In this document: positions 12,323 through 24,793 of the stretch, in pieces
How positions within the stretch are numbered: position 1 is the first letter of the stretch
Layout of the letters: each line of letters opens with the position of its first letter
Origin: Octopus vulgaris
Taxonomy: Eukaryota
Length of the DNA stretch: 64,000 nt
Assembly (NCBI GenBank): GCA_951406725.2
Contig: OX597831.1
Coordinates: 56,172,001 to 56,236,000, forward strand
Direction of reading: 5' to 3'
The notes under the pieces: model-generated
Database searches by the model: none
Seen by the model: the letters and a program-made list of their open reading frames with translations, nothing else
Told to the model about the DNA's origin: nothing
Program-made: the position numbers and the translations under genes

Positions 12323-14137
12323 TACTAAACGGCAGTGCATCAGCATGGCCGCAGCTCTGGGCTGTAACTAGAGAGAAAAAAGAGCCATCGTTATGTGGGG
12401 TGGGGGTGATTGGATTTGAACCCCACCTCCACCAGTTGACAACCAGTGCTGGTTTGTTCACATCCCCATAACTTAGTGGTCCAGCAAAAGAAACTGAATA
12501 AATAAGTTCCTGACTTGAAAAAAAAATACATTAGGCTTCATTTGTTCAACTAAATCCTTTGAGGTGGTGCTCCAGCATAGCTGGAGTTCAATGAGTGAAA
12601 TAAGTAAAAGATAAAAGATATCTACCACAGAGCAAATGGTTTATTTACATAAAAATCTCTTCAAATTTCTTTTCTCATCAATTCCCTCAAATCTAATTTA
12701 ACCTTGTTTACAATAAATATATGAATTGAAAGTCCATGTGAGTAGATCTTGCCTTGGACTGTCTCATTGATGTGTAAACTAATCAAAACGTCTTCTTGAT
12801 GCATTTTGTACCGAAAGATTGAGCAAGAGGAGTAAATGGCTTTAGATTTTTAATTTAAAAGCAAATTTTGGTATGTTTGAGATTTAAATTTGAATTAATA
12901 TTAGACTACCCATTACCCATTGGGTCACTGGGAAACTCTGAGTTTCCCAGCATTTTCTTCTCCAGGTTATTTCACATGCTTTCAACGAATGTGAAATTGA
13001 AATCATGTGTAAACAACTCCTTTCCCTAGAAAAGGATAGATTTGGCTGCTATTTCTTGCATGCCCTGCTACCATATAACAGGTATTTCGGGTCCTTTATA
13101 GCAAATAGCTGTTACGTAGTAGCAGGGCATGCTAGAAATAGCAGCCAAATCTTTGAAGGTGAGATACATTGAATGCACTCGAAAAAACCTATGGAAAAAA
13201 ACTATTTCATACCAAGGTTACGAACAGGTCTTTTACAAAATATTTACCATATTTTTAAAGTCATTTTCACTTTGAAATATTTTTTTAATATACCCCCCAA
13301 AAATTTTTGTGATGGTATTCACTTGAAAGTAATTTTAAAAAGCATTAAAATATTGTCTATTTTAGAAAGCTAAAATATAAATACTTACTGTTCAGACAAC
13401 TTACATTTTTGAAATCACATTCTAAATGATTAAAATATTGTGTTTAACAAAAGCAAAAAGCATTTACTGTAAAAAAAAACAAATCAAATTTTTTGTTGTC
13501 AAATCACTGTCTAACTGAAAGGTTCGAGCTTCTTCCCTTTTAGGATGATGTTATATTCAGAACATTTTCCCATTATGCTCCATTTTGGGTATTTATACCC
13601 CCAAACACAAAATATCTCAATAACTGCTGCTCAGATTTACTCAAAACTTGTTTCATTCCGTTCGTATTAACATTTCAGGGTAAACTTAATTCATAGTGTT
13701 TTCCTATTATGAGCCAGTTTGGCTGGGTAACATTGCAAGCGAGCAAGCAAGATTCAAACTGACTTTTAATGTATTATAGATAACAAGTATCTCTACAAGA
13801 AAAAGTAATTTGCTTTTAAATTACTATATATTACTGGTTGTCTATGAAACTGAAAAGTAATGTAAGGTTCAGTTCACTTGTGAAAAAGATATTTATACAA
13901 TAGTTTATAAATACTATAGAGAATAATCAAGGCTCTTCTTAAGGCATAGATACATTGAGCAGTTGCCCAGGAGCCTCACAGGTCTAGGGGCATGATTCTG
14001 ATTTATGCTTGCTGTGGCTTGCTGTCAATAAATGATTGATTTGCCTGAGAGACCTATAAATGTGCTAAGAGAAACTTGACAATAATACTAACGTATTTGT
14101 AGGAAGATAAGAAACTTTAATGAATTTAATTTACATA

Positions 14138-14514
14138 CACTACCGTCAGAAATTAATTAGCACCCTTGATTTGCTCTTCACTCAAGGTATGTGCTGTCAC
14201 CTAGTGGCCATATCTCGAACTATTGCTTTGTTGCGAGTTCACTGTTGTGCAGAACGATGACGTAACTTTGTTTGCAGAGCAGTTTGAGAGTCTACAGCCT
14301 TATGATGTTGACATAGCAGTGCAACAACTTGGAGTGCGGATGCAGACAAATCTTCCTTTGTTTAATAGATATAGGTAGCGCCTCGCAAGGACCGAAATCA
14401 CACCATACTAAGTTTTCTCATCGCGTAAGACGTTTTGAACAGCACATAGGTTAATTGATTGAACCTATTTAATGTAGAAATTTGAGAAGTGCTAATTAAT
14501 TTCTGACGCAAGTG
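14138..14514. mobile_element. Tc1/mariner-type MITE
   Basis: TIRs cactaccgtcagaaattaattagcac / gtgctaattaatttctgacgcaagtg, with TA on both sides. Confidence 0.8.
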
Positions 14515-17180
14515 TACACAATGTTGAGCCATAAATCATTGCTCAAAAGATTAGTTGTGATTAAGAAGGTAAGGGAGACAATTCTAGAATTTAACTTAAA
14601 CTATCTTAGAAATAGAATGCATTGGGAATGAGTCTAATTTTTGGCAGTACAGTGACAACACTGTATGTTTTGGTCTTATTAGACCTCATCAATGAAGCAA
14701 GGTCTACTGCTCAGTAGAATTAAGTAATTTGTGCATCATTATCATCAACATTTAATGTCCATTTTCCATGCTGACATAGATTGAATGGCTTGACAGGAAC
14801 TGGCAAGGTTAGGGGCTGCACCAAGTCCATAGTCTGTTTTCACTTGATTTCAACAGCTGGATGCCCTCCCTGACACCAGCCACTTTACAGAGTGTACTGA
14901 GTGGTTTTTTTTTTATGTAGCACCAGCACCCACAGCAATGCTTTGTATGTGGAACCTTGGTTTGAGGATCTCAATTCTCTTGTAGTGAACGGGTTCAGTT
15001 ATTTGGCTTACCATTACCATTATTTTATGTTTGCTTTCCATATTAGTATGGGATAGGTTGGCATGTCACATCTCACTTGTGTTTCATTTTCATTTTTGGC
15101 TTGGTTTCTATGGCTGGATACACTTCCTCCCTTCAACAACTTCACAGAGCATACCTGGTATAGGCACTATCTTTATTGTTTGTACTAGTAGAATAGAGCA
15201 AATAGAAGGAAGAGTAGGTGGAGAGAAGATGAATGATGGGCAAAAATGTGAATGAGTAATTGACATATGAGCAATAGAAGGACAAAAATGTTTCAAAGAC
15301 CAGGAAAGCAGCAGATGCAAACTTGACAAAGACATATCCAGCTGCAGACTCAAATATGTATACATGCATACATATACGTACACATTATATCCTCCTATTT
15401 CTGTCACTACCACTACTTTCAACATCAATTTTGCCATGCTTTTATTTGTCTGGCTCTTCTGCAGCAATTTGTGTTGCCAATCAACATGGTCATTGTCATC
15501 TCCTCTGTGAGGCTCACCATCATTAGACCAATCTTCAGCACTTCCTCCAATGACTTCTTAGATCTCACTCTACTTTGATACTCTGCACTTCCTTATGCAG
15601 CCTTTATCTTCTACATGCATCATGTGTCCATACCATTAGTCTTTTCTTTCATACACTGCAGGTGACTATTCTCACTGCCAGTTTTTCTTTCAGTGCATTT
15701 GTACTTTGTCATTCATGCACACCATCATTACACATATGCAGTGGAGCATGCTTGCTTCATTTCTTTCTAGTCTCCACGAATCCTCTCTCTAACTACCATG
15801 CAACATTACGATTTGTACACAAGCATCATACAATCTGCCACTCATTCTAAGAGAGAAGCCCTGTGTTATTAACTGAAATAACTCCCTGATCTTTCCCCAG
15901 CTAATTTTTACTCTTGCCTACAATACTTTTGGAACACCCACCTCCACTACTAATTAGACCACCAAGGGAGCCTTCCTATCATTTTTAAGATTTAATTTCT
16001 ACTTGTATATAGATATTTCTTTTTGCTTAGGACAACAAGTCTTTATTTTTTACTAGCCTTTTTTTTGTTGTTGGGAAAGGATATATTTTACATGATAAAA
16101 CTCTAATCTGCAGTACTATGGGTATAGGTGTTCTATGTAACCTGACAAACATTTTTATTGCCATCAAATGCTCAGCAGTAGCCAGTCACAGATGTCATCC
16201 TTATCATTACCGTGTATGTTTTTTTCAACTTAGCATGGTTTGGACTAGACTTCAGGTAGCGTTCTACAGACAGATGCCCTTCTTGATACCTACTGTTACT
16301 TATTCTTAGAGTATGGTACTTTGCAGTACCAAATATATTGTTTATGTGGAACATAAACAAACATTACCAATGCCCAAGCACACACTCGTACGCATGCATG
16401 CACACACACACGCATGCATAATAGTCTTCCTTACAGTTTCTGTCCACTAGATTTTATTGAAAGATATTGATCAGCTCAAGGTTATAGTAGAAGACATCCA
16501 AGGTGGCATTGTAAAATCTAATCCAGAATCATGGTTGCAAATTGAATCTCTTGACACAGTCATCCCTATATATATATCATCATCATCATCATCATCGTTT
16601 AGCGTCCGCTTTCCATGCTAGCATGGGTTGGACGGTGCAACTGGGGTCTGTGAAGCTGGAAGGCTTCGTCAGGCTCAGTCAGATCTGGCAGTGTTTCTAC
16701 GGCTGGATGCCCTTCCTAACGCCAACCACTCCGCGAGTGTAGTGGGTGTTTTTTACGTGCCACCTGCACAGGTGCCATGTGTATATAATGTGTGTGTGTG
16801 TGTGTGTATTTTGTTTAGGCATTGCAAATACTAATAGCCTGGTGTAGAACTCAGTATACGTATGCTTCAGAACAAAGTACTAGTCAAGTACAAAGCAGTA
16901 ATAAGAAAAGAGATGACAAAGGAATAAGTGCTTCTGTTATAACCTTCTTTAGCTTACAACTGTTTCTGCTGTTAGATGCAGAGGACTAATAGCTGAATGT
17001 CTGAGTAACACCTTACAGTTTCATCCAAGCTTGAAACAAAGTTCATAAGATAATCAATTATTCCTTTGTCATCTCTTTTCTTTATATATATATGCATATA
17101 TATATAAAATGTATATACATTATATATATATGTGTATGTGTATATATATGTATATATATATAGTGTGTATATATATATGA

Positions 17181-17213
<33 letters not shown>

Positions 17214-18723
17214 TATTTTACATTTTTCAAAATGTGACCTCGTGTGTACCGTTGGCGATTTTTTTTTCCTCTGTTTTCCCTTCTCTGGATCTTTCCTTCT
17301 CCTATGTTTCCGACGAAGAGCTCCGCTCAAAACATTAAACCCTCCTCCTTTCCTTCTTTCCTGAGCGTCCAATAATACTATATTTGTTCCATGTCCTCGC
17401 GGTGTTGTGTTTTTTTGTGCTTTCTTGTTTTTCTTGTTATATATATATATAACCAGCCCACTTATGAGTACCCTTTATACATTGGATAATAAACTTTGCT
17501 TGCGAAGTCCTGTTGAGGCAAGTGAAATCAAAATCGTTGATGTGGCCTGATTGGCACTCACGGCAGTGGAATGTTAAAACCACCATCCGAGCATGATCAT
17601 TGCTAGGGCCGCTGACTGGCTCGCATAAAAAACACCATTCATGCATGATCATTGTCAGTCCTCACCCTACTGGCACATGTGAAAAACAACATGGGTTGGA
17701 CGGTTCAACTGGGGTCTGTGAAGCCGGAAAGCTTCATCAGGCCCAGTCAGATCTGGCAGTGTTTCTACGGCTGGATGCCCTTCCTAACGCCAACCACTCC
17801 GTGAGTGTAGTGGGTGCTTTTTACGTGCCACCCGCACAGGTGCCAGACAGAGCTGGCAAACAGCCACGAACGGATGGTGCTTTTATGTGCCACCGGCACG
17901 GGGGCCAGGCGGGGCTGGCAACGGACATGAACGGATGGTGCTTTCTACGTGCCACCGGCACGAGGCCAGTCGGGGCGGCACTGGCAACGGTCACGAACGG
18001 ATGGTTCTCTTACATGCCACCGGCACTGGTAACTCATCTGTAATTTCCATTGATCGATTTCGATTCTGATCCTCACTTGCCTCAACAGGTCTTCACAAGT
18101 AGAGTTTTGTGTCCCAAGAAGGGAAGGTATGCATACGTAGGCTGGCTCCATCCCATGTAGAAGGCCACGGGTTATGGTCTCACTTGTCCTGCCGGGTCTT
18201 CTCGCGCACAGCACACTTCCAGAGGTCTCGGTCTCTAGTCATTTCCTGAGTGAGACCTAAAGTTTGAAGGTCGTGCTTCACCACCTCGTCTCAGGTTTTC
18301 CTGGGTCTGCCTCTTTCACAGGTTCCCTCAACCGCTAGGGTGTGGCACTTTTTCACACAACTATCTTCATCCATTCTCGCCACATGCCCATACCAGCGCA
18401 AACGTCTCTCTTCGGCTTCACAGACCCCAGTTGAACCGTCCAACCCATGCTAGCATGGAAAACGGACGCTAAACGATGATGATGATGAGCGTGGTCATTG
18501 CCAGTGACACCAGACTGGCTCTTGTGCAGGTGGCACATAAAAGCACCCACTACACTTTCGGAATGGTTGGCATTAGGAAGGACATCCAGCTGTAGAAACA
18601 ATGCCAGATCAGATTGGTGCCTGGTGCAGCCTTCTGGCTCGCCAGTCCTCAGTCAACCCATCCAACCCATGCCAGCATGGAAAGTGGACGTTAAATGATG
18701 ATGATGAATGTTTGTGTGTATAT

Positions 18724-18756
<33 letters not shown>

Positions 18757-21700
18757 GAGCAGCCCATGATAGGTATTAAAAACATTTAGAAACAATAATA
18801 ATTCATTGGCAAGGATTGTAGGCTTTTCCCATATTGAGTATTAGTAAGCTGAAAAAAATTTTTATAGCTCCCAATTAGCAACTTGAGTTGCTTTGAATGC
18901 GAAATGCATGTATTGTATGTACATGTTTGTAATATGTATGTATTTGCGTGTTTGTGTGTAATTTTAAAAATGTCCATCCATCTATCTTCACCACCCACTC
19001 TTCTTGGGACAATCTTGAGGATAGAATCCTCAGGTACCTCTACCATAGGGTTCTATCAGTAGCAGCCATCGTTAGACTTTCTGGCTAAATTACCAAGCAT
19101 GATGTCCTACCATCTAATTCATGGTCTACCCCTAGGTCTCCTGCTGGTTGGCTCAGCATGAAGAATCTGTCTTGCGACTCTTCACTGTGACATTCTTATA
19201 ACATGTCTGTTATGCCAGAGCTGTGACCTCTCAGTGAAGAGAAGTTGCAGTTCAACCAGGAGAGACTTCCATGATGTTTTTATATATAATTTTACTCTTT
19301 TAGTGAATTATTATAATTTCAAAACAGTACTGAAAATACTATGCACTCTGCCATTACCACTAATATTGAACAAGTCTGTAGCTTTGAACTAATGAAGGAA
19401 CCTCTATGTAATTTCTCAACTTGCTTGAAATAGTAGCCCAAATCTTCCTCACCTCACATCTTATCATTTTAAACAAAAAGGTCATGCTGGATAATGTGAT
19501 GACAAGTTCCTTGCACGTAAGAAAAACACAGGATGGTCATAGCTGGAATGTCTTTGATCATAGGTTTACTCAGTAGTATCTAACTTAGGGTTAAGAAGCA
19601 ACAACAACAATCATGGTTTTATGATGTATCTTGGTCAAAAATGTGGATAAACTATTAAATGAGTGATTTAAGACTTATTTGAATATGAAGGAAATAAGAA
19701 CACAATTTTTGGTCCATAGCATCATTGGCATTGCTACATTATAAGTTTGTATTCCTGTGGCATAGACTGAAAGTATTCCCTGCATTTCATTTGCGCAGGA
19801 GAAAGGGTTTGTGCCCATCAATTTCACAGTGCCTGTGAGTTCAACATAGTCCATGTTCCTTCTCAACAGCTGCATGATTATCAAAGGCAAGGAGGTGGTT
19901 GGAAGTTTCCAGTGGGATGACACCCTGAGGGAGAAGGATTGGTTAAAAGTGGTTTGTATAGGGAGGTGGCTTGGAGATGGGTGGGCACAATGTGAGTAAT
20001 GAGTGAATCAGGATTACCTGAATGGAAATGGTCTCAAGACCAGACAACCCTAAAGAGTAGAAAGCATATATTGGTGGCACAGTGAAAGGACAACATATTT
20101 ATTGGTCAGAGATTAAATATGTTGGCAAAAAACTTCATATCAATTAATCACTTGGGGTCTATGATGGGTGTATGTATCACAGTATAACTGTCCTATAAGT
20201 GGTATCGGTATTCCATTGTGAGTCTTGCCTGAACTTTGTAAAGCATTAATGCATGTTGGGACTGAATTATTTTTGTAGTCCTACAGAAGGAGACTTGTCT
20301 TTGCTATGCTGAAGATGTGCAACCAGCAAAAGAGATCCTCAATGATAGTGAGGCCTGACATTGATAGTAACCTTGAGGGTTCTACTTGTATGTTGTTCAT
20401 GTTTAAAGAGCATGGGGTACAATATTGTTCTTTTGATGTGTGGAGTGACTGTTCATGATGTTGAAAAAGATAAGATTGGGCTTTGGATATTAGTAATGTC
20501 ACTTTAAGGTGGTTTGACTGGTTTAACATCTGTTATTTATTAACATTTTAACATTCAGATTACTCTGTCAAACATAATGCTTTTTTTTATTCATGTTGTT
20601 TTGAATTAACTATGCATTATTTTATAGCTTCAAGATTTCAATGCTGCAATTGTTTATTTTTAGAATGACATTGTAGAGTAGGTGTTAGAGGTTCGATCAG
20701 GTCAGTTTGAACATAAAACAGGTAGAAAATTTAGTCTGGATGTGGTTGGTTTAAATGCTAAAGGATTAAGCATGCTGTCTGTAGCAATTGCCAAATCACA
20801 TCCTTTCTCAACTCTAGCAGATACAAAATAACTGAGAAGATATGATAATGAACTACCAATTCTGATATCTTGAGTTGAGCTGTTTTGTTATGTTTTAAGC
20901 AGAATATTTAATAATACTTACCTCAATTGACTTTGCAGTTAGAAATAACAATCAGCTTCTCTGAAAATACTACCTGAAGTAGAGCTATATCTTATCCAAA
21001 GGAAGATTTGTTTATTCTGTTAAAACACTTTGAAACTGGAGCTCTGAACCAATCCTTTAAAGGCCTTTGGGACTTTAAAAACAATTTTTTTTTACGCATT
21101 TACTCTCTCCCTCTGTTGATCAGGTTTGATGCTATTTTCCTGTTAGTCACATGATAGATTGGATATTTCCAGTTCCATCTACTGTTAATTCAGCAACCAG
21201 TTAATGCTTAATTATATTGATTATTCCCATTACTTTAATACTATTTATGACGTATCGTGGATTGTAATATTACTACTAATACTTATCTTCTTTCCAGATA
21301 TTCAAACTTATAAAATTCACCTGAAGTTCAGATGTGAATACATGGAATTATATAACAAACAAAAAAAGCCATAGTTAACCACAAATCACATTCCTATTTT
21401 ATATTTCAATGTTTAGCAATAAAAATATAAGCTCTAGCAATATATAAATGTTATTCAGCTGTAGGTTGACCACATTAGTACTTGTTGTCTGTTAAGTGTG
21501 TTGTTTGTTGCAATTTACAAACCACATCTCAGCTGTAGCAAAGTTGAATAGCTGAAGTTATTGGACTCTTTGCTCAGAGATCTTGAGTTCAAATCTACTT
21601 CAGCTATTTTGTCATATATTTATGTTTATTTTTGTCATGGTAGTGCTGAAAAATGTTTAGATTTTTTATGTTAGTATTGGAAAATATATGTAAAACAATT

Positions 21701-21847
21701 AAGAAGCACACATGCATGCCTCAGTGCCCCAGTCTACCAAAAATAAGTACCAGAAGTGGAATTTTAACCAGACACACGAATGTCCTGCCCAGGAAGAAAT
21801 TCAGTTATCAAAATTCAGACTTCAAAAGCCTAATGAGAATATATTAA

Positions 21848-22265
21848 TCATCATCATCATCAAGCATCCGCTTTCCATGCTAGCATGGGTTGGACGGTTC
21901 AACTGGGGTCTGTGTAGCCTGAAGGCTGCATCAGGCCCAGTCTGATCTGGCAGTGTTTCTACGGCTGGATGCCCTTCCTAACGCCAACCACTCCGTGAGT
22001 GTAGTGGGTGCTTTTTACATGCCACCCACACAGGTGCCAGATGGAGCTGGCAAATGGCCACGGACGGATGGTGCTTTTTACATGCCACCGGCACGGGGGC
22101 CAGGCAAGGCTGGCAACAGCCACGATCGGATGGTGCTTTTTACGTGCGTCCGGCACGGAGGCCAGTCGGGCGGTGCTGGCAACGGCCACGATCGGATGGT
22201 TCGCTTACTTGTCACCGGCACTGGTATCACAGCTGCAATTTCCATTGATGTTGATCGACTTTGAT
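21848..22265 (-). mobile_element. SINE/LINE-tail family C with (ATG)n tail and internal ggcacgtaaaaagcacc repeats
   Basis: Shared ctggatgcccttcctaacgccaaccact core. Copies at 4405-4712, 7155-7305, 16577-16780, 17690-18710, 30345-30550, 40672-40985, 41190-41432, 42805-43000, 44282-44760. Confidence 0.85.
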
Positions 22266-24114
22266 TTTGGTTCTGCTGGCAAATACTATGGAATAGTCAC
22301 TTCAGATATAAAACTAACTATTCAGCAATTTTTATTAGGTTTGAAGATAAGAGTTATAATATTGAAGAACAAATATACTTATCCCCATAGCTGAAGATCA
22401 GAAGTAAGGCTTCTGACACAACCACTACTCTTTATCATGCATTTGTTGTCTTGTGTTGGAGCTGTACACTCCACCAGAGTCCCTCCTGTCCCTCATGTCA
22501 TCACTCCATCTTCATTTTTGTTGCTTGCAATCTGTTTTCTGTCTATCCACCCTCAAAATATGTGGGCACAAGAGATTCTGAGCCTTGCTGATGTTATCAA
22601 AGTATTGCAATTTTTGCCATCTGACCACCATCACCAGCTTTCAGCTCACTTTCATCTCTTCCAGGACTCGAGTGTTTGCTGTACAGACCACTCTACTGGT
22701 CCACAGTACATGCCTGTACTAACTATGTCGTCTCAAATGCTCTCAGTCACTTTGTGTCAGCCACTTTAGGGTCTATGCTTTACATCCAAACAATATTACA
22801 GGTGACACCAGCCTTCATTATGCTGATTACTACCCTGCTGACTGAACTCCAGAGACTTGTCAGCAAAGTTAATTTTGTCTTTAATGAGTTTCAACTCAAG
22901 GTCTGCTCCAAAAAGACTGAGATCATAGCAGTCCCCAGGAAACTAGAGTAGCTTACCATATGATGCCTAGGGGTCGACCTAGCAACAATAGAAAGTATTA
23001 CTGTAAAGCCACCATGTTGACTATTGATTAATTCCAGAAAGCATGATAAAATGTAAATTCATTTCATGCAGAAAAAACACTGACACATTGCAGAGAGGGT
23101 TCTTTAGTCCTCCTGAACTCATCTTTTTTTAGTGCTGGTGACTCAATAAAGTAGATTCATTCCATACTAAAGACTGGTTGAAGGGAAGAGCATAGCAAAA
23201 TGTTGAGACCCATCCAACCCATACCAACATAGGCAAATGGATGTAAAATGATACTGAAGATACTGATATCATTCATTCATTTAATATGCATTTTTCCATG
23301 CTAGCAGACATATATTATGATTTGCACACTGCCATTTCATATCAAGATTATTAGCTTCTAATGTTTCTTGTGTGTGCATATATATATATGGCTTAGTGGT
23401 CAGGGTGTTGAACTCATGATTGTAAGGTTGTGGTTTCAATTCCTGGACCAGGCAATGCATTGTGTTTTTGAGCAAAACACTTCATTTTCACTTTGCCCTG
23501 GTCCACTCAGATGGCAAAAATGAGTAATCCTGCAATGGACTGGCGTCCCGTCCAGGTGGGGAACTTCTACGCCACTGAAACCAGGAAACCGGTCCTTATG
23601 AGCCTGGCATAGCTCAAGAAGGAACATTATATATATATAGTGTATGCTTTCTTAATACTGTTGACACTGCTGAGTTGAATGGTACTGACTAGGTGTCAAA
23701 ACCAAGATAATATCCACTAGGCAGCTGATGATGCGCTTGTTCTTTGCGAATCTTTTATATCGTGTGTTTTCATTGTTCTAAGTTGTACTTCATTCTCATA
23801 GGGTTGGACTTGTTAAGGGTTTCTTGGTTTATGGTGGATTTGTTGTTTATATCATACCATACAGTGATATTGCATAATTGTCTGTTATAGGGATTTTAAT
23901 TTTGGTTGCAGTAATATTTATTGAAGTGTTCTAATTTATGAAGGTTTTGCCATATATATATATATATATACATACATACATATGCATACATATATATGAT
24001 TTTCTTTCCCTTCCTTCCTATAAAAAGTTGATAAAATACCAGTCCAGGGCATTGAATTAGTGGACTTGTTAAAGCATCAGACAAGATACGTGTTGTATCT
24101 GTTCTGATTACATG

Positions 24115-24560
24115 CATTCTGATGGCAATGCCTGTGATGACAGTGGTTCCATGCTTTGTTTTGAACTATATTTTTGGCATGAAGAGAAAAGGCATTAATG
24201 AATGAGCAACTTCTTGTCGTCCCCGAAATATAAAGAACAACCTTCCCCAGATCTGCACATTGACGAAGTCTCATTAGGCATAAAGAAAGCTACATATGAT
24301 GAGATTCTGGTCAGAAGATGGTACACAGCTTTATCCCCATAGAAGTTGGCTGTCATGGTCTCCCAATAAGATCAGTGGTGATATGTCTTCTAGAAGATCA
24401 ACTTGTAACCCAAAGAAATTGAGAATGTCTCTAGGAAGATATTGAAGCTGAAATCAGTTCAGGGTGGTTGTAGTTCACTAGAGTTGGCAAATGGAACCCT
24501 TTTGCAGGAAAAGACTAATTTGGTCCTTGCTGCCCCATTCAGGTGAAGCATATCATATAA
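24115..24560 (+). mobile_element. Decayed RLE-type non-LTR retrotransposon 3' fragment
   Basis: Reads FIPIEVGCHGLP, resembling the PxEVGCRGF RLE motif. Confidence 0.4.
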
Positions 24561-24746
24561 AGGACAAAACACTTGTTATCCTGTAATATGTACTGAAGTT
24601 ACACAAAGATTTCCTACAATGTGAATGCTTTAATCATCATCTATAAGTAGCTCCAACAGTTCTGCTTGGAGGCAAAGTATCTCTGATATATCTCTTTACT
24701 TCACCTGTGCATATGTGTGTAGAATCAGTAACAGGCCATTGAATCA

Positions 24747-24793
<47 letters not shown>

